From the IMG/VR virus record IMGVR_UViG_2660238215_000009: 8,647 nucleotides of DNA. One strand, given 5' to 3'. Position numbers and translations under genes: made by a program. The DNA comes from a virus (Duplodnaviria > Heunggongvirae > Uroviricota > Caudoviricetes). Shown piece by piece: positions 1 to 4,397 of this stretch. Positions within the stretch are counted from its first letter, which is position 1. Each line of letters begins with the position of its first letter. A model generated the notes under the pieces. That model saw only the letters and a list, made by a program, of their open reading frames with translations, made no database searches and was not told where the DNA came from.

Positions 1-1152
1 TTGCAGGAAGGCAGTGGACGCACCCAGACTATCCGCATGATTCTGGTTGTCACGAACACCGAAGCCATCACGCTGAAAATCGACCCGTCTGTGGTTCTGG
101 CAACCCGCAAATATGTGGATGATAAAATCTCAGAGCACGAACAGTCACGACGTCACCCGGACGCCTCGCTGACCGTAAAAGGTTTTACTCAGTTAAGCAG
201 TGCAATTAACAGTGAATCAGAAACACTGGCCGCAACACCGAAAGCGGTTAAGGCTGCATATGACCTGGCTAACGGGAAATATACTGCCCAGAACGCCACC
301 ACAACACAAAAAGGGATTGTTCAGCTCAGTAGCGCCACGAACAGCACGTCTGAAACGCTGGCAGCGACACCAAAAGCTGTTAAGGTGGTAATGGATGAAA
401 CGAACAAGAAAGCACCATTAAACAGCCCGGCACTGACCGGAACGCCAACAACACCAACAGCGCCACAGGGGACTAATAATACCCAGATCGCAAGCACAGC
501 TTTCGTTATGGCCGCGATTGCCGCACTTGTAGATTCGTCACCTGATGCACTGAACACGCTGAACGAACTGGCTGCGGCGCTGGGCAATGACCCGAATTTT
601 GCGACCACCATGACTAACGCGCTTGCGGGTAAGCAACCGAAGGATGCCACCCTGACGGCGCTGGCGGAGCTTGCTACATCAGCAGANNNNNNNNNNNNNN
701 NNNNNNNNNNNNNNNNNNNNNNNNNNNNNNNNNNNNNNNNNNNNNNNNNNNNNNNNNNNNNNNNNNNNNNNNNNNNNNNNNNNNNNNNNNNNNNNNNNNN
801 NNNNNNNNNNNNNNNNNNNNNNNNNNNNNNNNNNNNNNNNNNNNNNNNNNNNNNNNNNNNNNNNNNNNNNNNNNNNNNNNNNNNNNNNNNNNNNNNNNNN
901 NNNNNNNNNNNNNGCATACAGGGGTGGTTAACAGGAAGTCATTATCATAATATTCGGTCATGGGACGCGTGGGATAACACGGTACTGGTGCCAAATGACA
1001 AAGGAGGGGATAGTCTGTTGTCGACAGATAACGCCGTCCGGCAAGGTGCAATTAACGGTAGATTTACCAGTCAATACAGAACGGAATCCTCAGTGGGGAA
1101 TGAAACCCGCCCACGCAATATTGCCTTCAATTATATTGTGAGAACCGCATAA
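1..1152 (+). CDS. Tail fibre protein, 5'-partial. Conserved P2 gpH / Mu S / lambda Stf-type N-terminal region, then a masked segment, then a variable tip ending in the shared C-terminal motif
   Basis: Long ORF with tandem ATPKAVK / SSATNSTSETLAATPKAVK-type repeats and ...NTLNELAAALGNDPNFATTMTNALAGKQPKDATLTALA, characteristic of the conserved N-terminal part of myovirus side tail fibres. Ends ...ETRPRNIAFNYIVRTA, the same C-terminal motif as the three minus-strand cassettes. The TTG at position 1 is almost certainly not the real start; the gene begins upstream of the window. Stop TAA at 1150-1152. Confidence 0.85.
   Translation: MQEGSGRTQTIRMILVVTNTEAITLKIDPSVVLATRKYVDDKISEHEQSRRHPDASLTVKGFTQLSSAINSESETLAATPKAVKAAYDLANGKYTAQNATTTQKGIVQLSSATNSTSETLAATPKAVKVVMDETNKKAPLNSPALTGTPTTPTAPQGTNNTQIASTAFVMAAIAALVDSSPDALNTLNELAAALGNDPNFATTMTNALAGKQPKDATLTALAELATSAXXXXXXXXXXXXXXXXXXXXXXXXXXXXXXXXXXXXXXXXXXXXXXXXXXXXXXXXXXXXXXXXXXXXXXXXXXXXXIQGWLTGSHYHNIRSWDAWDNTVLVPNDKGGDSLLSTDNAVRQGAINGRFTSQYRTESSVGNETRPRNIAFNYIVRTA
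687..913. other. Run of 227 N (masked or unresolved sequence) inside the tail-fibre CDS
   Basis: Directly visible. Reading frame is preserved across it (bases 685..915 = 77 codons), and its position and length match the ~220-bp conserved site-plus-collar-domain block seen at the 5' end of each minus-strand cassette. Confidence 0.99.
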
Positions 1153-1763
1153 TGAATAACGCGATATTAAATGATGACCTTATTGCCGTACAGGCAGGAA
1201 ACATCGTCGTTTATAACTATGATGGTGAAACACGGGAATATATTTCCGAATCAACTGAATATCTTGCTGTGGGTGTCGGTATTCCGGCAAATTCCTGTTT
1301 AGATGCCCCGGGCGCACATAAAGCGGGCTATGCTATCCGCCGTTCGGAGAATTTAAGTTCATGGGAGTATGCGCCAGACCATCGTGGTGAAACCGTCTAT
1401 AACACTGACACGGGAAACACCGAAGAAATCACGACGCTGGGTGACTACCCGAAAAATACAACCACTATCGCCCCGTTAACACCATACGATAAATGGGATG
1501 GTGAAAAATGGGTGACAGATACTGAGGCACAACATGGTGCCGCAGTAGAAGCGGCAGAAACCAAGCGCCAGTCACTGGCTGATGCGGCAATGGCTTCCAT
1601 AAGTCTGATTCAGTTGAAGTTGCAGGCCGGGCGGAAGTTGACGCAGGCAGAAACCACCCGGCTTAACGCCGTGCTGGATTATATAGACGCACTGAACGCA
1701 ATGGATATAAACATGGCACCAGATATCAACTGGCCGGAAATACCACTGGCAGCAGCCAGTTGA
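1152..1763 (+). CDS. tfa: Tail fibre assembly chaperone (Tfa; P2 gpG / Mu U / TfaE family)
   Basis: 203-aa ORF with ATG overlapping the fibre stop (TAATG at 1150-1154), implying translational coupling. Motifs typical of Tfa proteins as recalled: ...DHRGETVYNTDTG...KWDGEKWVTDTEA...ETKRQSL...APDINWPEIP. Stop TGA at 1761-1763. Confidence 0.85.
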   Translation: MNNAILNDDLIAVQAGNIVVYNYDGETREYISESTEYLAVGVGIPANSCLDAPGAHKAGYAIRRSENLSSWEYAPDHRGETVYNTDTGNTEEITTLGDYPKNTTTIAPLTPYDKWDGEKWVTDTEAQHGAAVEAAETKRQSLADAAMASISLIQLKLQAGRKLTQAETTRLNAVLDYIDALNAMDINMAPDINWPEIPLAAAS

Positions 1764-1769
1764 ATATAA

Positions 1770-2246
1770 CTAAGCCGCCCTCACGATATAGTTAAATGCA
1801 ATATTGCGGGGGCGGGTTTCACTACCACCTGTGTTACCAATACTTCCTCGTGAATGAAGCGTTGGTGATGGAATCAAACTCCCTCCTGTATTTGTGGCAT
1901 CAAGCCCCCTGCCTTGTGTATATGTTTTTTTGAAAATCGTGGCCAACTCCCATTCATCCTTTGTGTCATATCCATCGTTAGCTACAACAATATGGCGGTG
2001 TTTTTCCAACATCCCGGTTTGAATGCTCAATAAAGCGCGTGCTGCATCAATTCCTCGCCCATCATCCCAGCCACGGATAAATTCACCGCGTAAATCTGGT
2101 AATTTATTGGTGGGGTAGGCCTTTGCCAGTTTGGGATACATTTCAGAAGAAAATGCTGCACCGTTACATTTCAGCCAGCCCGTTGGTGGTGTAGCTGAGG
2201 GCCACGGAACGGGTACACCAACGGGCAACGCAGAGCCTTCCCCCAA
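1770..2246 (-). CDS. Silent alternative tail-fibre tip cassette 1 (tail-collar domain + variable region + shared C-terminal motif); no own promoter or RBS
   Basis: Minus-strand frame encodes (HENVG)LGEGSALPVGVPVPWPSATPPTGWLKCNGAAFSSEMYPKLAKAYPTNKLPDLRGEFIRGWDDGRGIDA (phage tail-collar domain signature PxGWLxCxG...YPxL...LPDLRGxFxRG), then ~85 variable residues, then ...ETRPRNIAFNYIVRAA. The listed start is a TTG inside the crossover site with no Shine-Dalgarno; the frame stays open upstream to 2267. Stop TAG at 1770-1772, 6 nt from the tfa stop. Confidence 0.7.
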   Translation of the reverse strand: MGEGSALPVGVPVPWPSATPPTGWLKCNGAAFSSEMYPKLAKAYPTNKLPDLRGEFIRGWDDGRGIDAARALLSIQTGMLEKHRHIVVANDGYDTKDEWELATIFKKTYTQGRGLDATNTGGSLIPSPTLHSRGSIGNTGGSETRPRNIAFNYIVRAA

Positions 2247-2263
2247 ACCAACGTTTTCATGCG
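2044..2263. repeat. Conserved ~220-bp block, copy 1 of 3 direct repeats (collar-domain coding + crossover site)
   Basis: By-eye alignment with 2558..2777 and 2998..3216 shows long identical stretches (e.g. cccatcatcccagcc, acatttcagaagaaaatg, gcaccgttacatttcagcc, ggaacgggcacaccaacgggca, aaaccaacgttttc). Identity is estimated at roughly 85-90%, not computed. Confidence 0.85.
2238..2263 (-). other. Candidate 26-bp invertase crossover site S1 (TTCCCCCAAACC-AA-CGTTTTCATGCG)
   Basis: Matches the hix/gix/cix-type architecture as recalled (TTCnnnnAAACC - 2-bp core - GGTTTnnnnnAA): strong left half, AA core at 2250-2251, weaker right half. Sits at the cassette 1 / cassette 2 junction and contains the cassette 2 stop codon (TGA, 2257-2259). 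Confidence 0.55.
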
Positions 2264-2760
2264 GCTCTTACGATGTAATTAAATGCAACGTTGCGAGGGC
2301 GAGTTTCTGTACCTACATTTCCACTAATTTCACCAAACCGTTTTACATTACGAGAGCTAATGGCTCGTAGTGAGGAAGGCACCTTTAAACCGGGTTCGTC
2401 TGTTTTAACTATTCCCCCGTCCCCGTATGTAGCCAGTATTCCAGGGTTTACTCCTTCCCGTGCACTTCCCGCGGCAAGTCCATCCCCGGTCCATAATTCC
2501 ATATAGTGTGCATGATCCAAAATTGTGTGTGGCTGCCAATTAAGCAAAGCGCGGCCAGCATCCACCCCGCGCCCATCATCCCAGCCGCGAATAAATTCGC
2601 CCCGTAAATCCGGTAATTTATTGGCGGGGTAGGCCTTTGCCAGATTGGGGTACATTTCAGAAGAAAATGCTGCACCGTTACATTTCAGCCACCCCGCTGG
2701 CGGCGTGGCTGAAGGCCATGGAACGGGCACACCAACGGGCAGTGCAGAGCCTTCCCCCAA
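2257..2760 (-). CDS. Silent alternative tail-fibre tip cassette 2 (tail-collar domain + variable region + shared C-terminal motif)
   Basis: Encodes (HENVG)LGEGSALPVGVPVPWPSATPPAGWLKCNGAAFSSEMYPNLAKAYPANKLPDLRGEFIRGWDDGRGVDA, then a distinct ~100-aa variable region, then ...TETRPRNVAFNYIVRAA. Start position is a TTG within site S2; no RBS. Confidence 0.7.
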   Translation of the reverse strand: MGEGSALPVGVPVPWPSATPPAGWLKCNGAAFSSEMYPNLAKAYPANKLPDLRGEFIRGWDDGRGVDAGRALLNWQPHTILDHAHYMELWTGDGLAAGSAREGVNPGILATYGDGGIVKTDEPGLKVPSSLRAISSRNVKRFGEISGNVGTETRPRNVAFNYIVRAA

Positions 2761-2777
2761 ACCAACGTTTTCATGCT
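2558..2777. repeat. Conserved ~220-bp block, copy 2 of 3
   Basis: See copy 1; same internal order, ending in crossover site S2. Confidence 0.85.
2752..2777 (-). other. Candidate 26-bp invertase crossover site S2 (TTCCCCCAAACC-AA-CGTTTTCATGCT)
   Basis: Differs from S1 only at its last base; core AA at 2764-2765; contains the cassette 3 stop codon (TGA, 2771-2773). Confidence 0.55.
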
Positions 2778-3256
2778 GCCCTTACGATGTAATTAAACGC
2801 AATATTACGAGGACGAATGGTTACATAATTAACCCCATCACCTCGTGAAGGCCCTGCAAATGAAAAACGGGAAAAGCCTGGTTGGTTAGAAACAATTTGG
2901 TCATAGTTATTGATTGAATGACCAGACCCAATGTCGAAATTACCTCCGTAATGAGAAAAACTTGTACCATCCTGCCCAGAAAGCAGGGTACGTCCCGCAT
3001 CAATCCCGCGCCCATCATCCCAGCCACGGATAAATTCACCGCGTAAATCCGGTAATTTATTGGTGGGATAAGCCCTTGCCAGTCTGGGATACATTTCAGA
3101 AGAAAATGTTGCACCGTTACATTTCAGCCAGCCCGTTGGTGGTGTTGCTAAGGGCCACGGAACGGGCACACCAACGGGCAGTGCAGAACCTTCTCCTAAA
3201 CCAACGTTTTCGTTTTTATCCCTACCTATACCAACTATGTATTTTTCACGAAACAA
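2771..3256 (-). CDS. Silent alternative tail-fibre tip cassette 3 (tail-collar domain + Gly/Ser-rich variable region + shared C-terminal motif)
   Basis: Encodes ...NENVGLGEGSALPVGVPVPWPLATPPTGWLKCNGATFSSEMYPRLARAYPTNKLPDLRGEFIRGWDDGRGIDA, a variable region, then ...VTIRPRNIAFNYIVRAA. The listed 5' end (TTG at 3254-3256) has no Shine-Dalgarno; sequence upstream of site S3 is probably not translated. Confidence 0.65.
   Translation of the reverse strand: MFREKYIVGIGRDKNENVGLGEGSALPVGVPVPWPLATPPTGWLKCNGATFSSEMYPRLARAYPTNKLPDLRGEFIRGWDDGRGIDAGRTLLSGQDGTSFSHYGGNFDIGSGHSINNYDQIVSNQPGFSRFSFAGPSRGDGVNYVTIRPRNIAFNYIVRAA
2998..3216. repeat. Conserved ~220-bp block, copy 3 of 3
   Basis: See copy 1; the most diverged copy (e.g. 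ttctcctaaacc vs ttcccccaaacc in the site). Confidence 0.85.
3191..3216 (-). other. Candidate 26-bp invertase crossover site S3 (TTCTCCTAAACC-AA-CGTTTTCGTTTT), closest to the invertase gene
   Basis: Same architecture as S1 and S2, core AA at 3203-3204. Lies 55 bp upstream of the invertase ATG, analogous to gixR/cixR next to gin/cin. Confidence 0.5.
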
Positions 3257-3270
3257 AGAGGATGTTTTTT
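3217..3270 (+). promoter_or_regulatory. Invertase 5' region: Shine-Dalgarno AAAGAGGA (3255-3262) and presumed promoter next to site S3
   Basis: AAAGAGGA sits 8 nt before the ATG at 3271. The AT-rich stretch has -10-like hexamers (tatacc at 3227-3232, tatgta at 3236-3241), but no clear -35 was identified; the promoter is inferred. Confidence 0.35.
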
Positions 3271-3870
3271 ATGCAAATTGGCTATATTCGTGTGTCAACA
3301 AATGACCAGAACACGGATTTACAACGCAATGCACTGAACTGCGCAGGATGTGAACTGATTTTTGAAGATAAAATCAGCGGAACGAAATCAGCCAGACCGG
3401 GATTGAAAAAACTGCTCAGAACGCTATCAGAAGGAGATACGCTGGTTGTCTGGAAGCTGGACAGACTGGGCAGAAGTATGAAACACCTGATCACGCTTAT
3501 TGAGGAATTGCGGGAAAAAGGTGTTAATTTCCGTAGTCTGACGGACAGCATTGACACATCAACACCCATGGGGCGTTTCTTTTTTCACGTCATGGGGGCT
3601 TTAGCCGAAATGGAACGTGAATTAATTGTAGAGCGTACACTGGCCGGGCTGGCAGCAGCACGCGAACAAGGACGCATTGGCGGACGTCGCCCGAAGTTGA
3701 CAAAAGAACAACACGAGCAAATAGCGAGGCTGATTAAAAACGGTCATGACAGGAAACAACTGGCGATCATTTACGACATCGGCATATCGACGATTTATCG
3801 TTATCACCCTGTAGGCGATATACAGGCTGAAGAAACAACCAGGCAGACTCAGGAAAATGAAAACCGCTAA
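3271..3870 (+). CDS. pin: Serine-recombinase DNA invertase (Pin/Gin/Hin/Cin family)
   Basis: 199 aa: MQIGYIRVSTNDQNTDLQRNALNCAGCELIFEDKISG...LVVWKLDRLGRSMKHLITLIEELREKGVNFRSLTDSIDTSTPMGRFFFHVMGALAEMERELIVERT...GRIGGRRPKLT..., near-identical in motifs to enterobacterial Pin/Gin invertases as recalled. Catalytic Ser9 is codon 3295-3297; C-terminal HTH region present. True start is the ATG at 3271 (RBS, family N-terminus), not the longer listed ORF from 3076. Confidence 0.92.
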   Translation: MQIGYIRVSTNDQNTDLQRNALNCAGCELIFEDKISGTKSARPGLKKLLRTLSEGDTLVVWKLDRLGRSMKHLITLIEELREKGVNFRSLTDSIDTSTPMGRFFFHVMGALAEMERELIVERTLAGLAAAREQGRIGGRRPKLTKEQHEQIARLIKNGHDRKQLAIIYDIGISTIYRYHPVGDIQAEETTRQTQENENR

Positions 3871-3889
3871 TCTGACCATTAGCGGTTTT
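3860..3889. terminator. Candidate bidirectional stem-loop between the convergent invertase and gpU-like genes
   Basis: Perfect 11-bp inverted repeat aaaaccgctaa (3860-3870) / ttagcggtttt (3879-3889) with an 8-nt loop. Overlaps the invertase stop codon; T-rich on both flanks. No free-energy calculation was done. Confidence 0.4.
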
Positions 3890-3896
3890 GCGTTAA

Positions 3897-4391
3897 TCAA
3901 AACAACCCTTTAACGGAGCTGGCCGCGCTGTTAAGGGATGATGTGACCTTATCTTTGAAGCCGGACAGCATATCACTGAACGATGAGGATTGCAGGCGCT
4001 CCCGCAAATCCTCATCACAGCGTTCAAGGGTCAGTGAAAATTCTATCTTTTTCGCCTTACCGTAGCGATCAAACTCGGAACGGGTCGTATTCGTTCCGGT
4101 CAGGACATACATGCCGTAAATCTGCCCGACGCCATCAATCAGAGGCCAGGGTCGTCCTGTATACGCCTGCGTGGTCAGCAGCGACAGCGACACTTCGCCA
4201 CCTGTAATTTCAGGATAAAGCACACCAGAAAGAACGATGCGATCATCACCTGCACCGATATACTGCCAGCTTGCTGAACGGTTAACGCGTTCATTTTTCA
4301 CATGCCGCCAGCTTTTGTTTTGCTGTAACTGCTGATGCGGCAGCGTGCGCAGCTCAAAAACAAACATGCCGTAGATCATCATCATGGCCAT
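3897..4391 (-). CDS. U: P2 gpU-like tail protein
   Basis: 164-aa ORF MAMMMIYGMFVFELRTLPHQQLQQNKSWRH...GVLYPEITGG..., resembling the P2 gpU family as recalled (MMM...FVF...Q..SWRH). Directly follows the tape-measure gene. The true start may be the ATG at 4385 (SD GGAG, 8-nt spacer) rather than 4391. Confidence 0.75.
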   Translation of the reverse strand: MAMMMIYGMFVFELRTLPHQQLQQNKSWRHVKNERVNRSASWQYIGAGDDRIVLSGVLYPEITGGEVSLSLLTTQAYTGRPWPLIDGVGQIYGMYVLTGTNTTRSEFDRYGKAKKIEFSLTLERCDEDLRERLQSSSFSDMLSGFKDKVTSSLNSAASSVKGLF

Positions 4392-4397
4392 GACTCC

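Noticed and set aside
1-3. TTG at position 1 as the fibre start codon
   Set aside because: The encoded sequence begins mid-way through the conserved fibre N-terminal region and the window edge falls inside the gene; the real start is upstream.
200-1051. ORFs 200..391 +, 321..917 -, 671..931 +, 674..1051 - within the tail-fibre gene
   Set aside because: Alternative-frame or antisense to the fibre CDS, and three of them are held open only by the N-run translating as X.
1100-2820. Conserved 3' ends of the four tips (about 50 bp, inverted between the expressed gene and the cassettes) as alternative recombination sites
   Set aside because: Only about 80% identical by eye, with mostly synonymous differences and no hix/gix-like dyad. 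This looks like protein-level conservation of the C-terminal peptide, not a crossover site.
2131-3114. Additional ORFs in the cassette region (2131..2370 +, 2291..2506 +, 2645..2848 +, 2448..2675 -, 2821..3114 -), some with similar N-termini (MGYISEENAAPLHF..., MQHFLLKC...)
   Set aside because: They are alternative-frame or antisense shadows of the collar-domain cassettes. Their apparent conservation just reflects nucleotide identity of the ~220-bp repeat, and they lack RBSs.
2044-3216. Three regularly spaced repeats as a CRISPR array or a diversity-generating retroelement
   Set aside because: Repeats are ~220 bp, protein-coding and imperfect, with coding 'spacers'; there are no cas genes and no reverse transcriptase in the window. 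A site-specific inversion system explains them better.
3076-3270. Upstream in-frame extension of the invertase ORF (listed ORF starts at 3076, 264 aa)
   Set aside because: The family N-terminus (M-x-I-G-Y-I/V-R-V-S-T) and a strong RBS place the start at the ATG at 3271. The extension would read through site S3 and has no family-like sequence.
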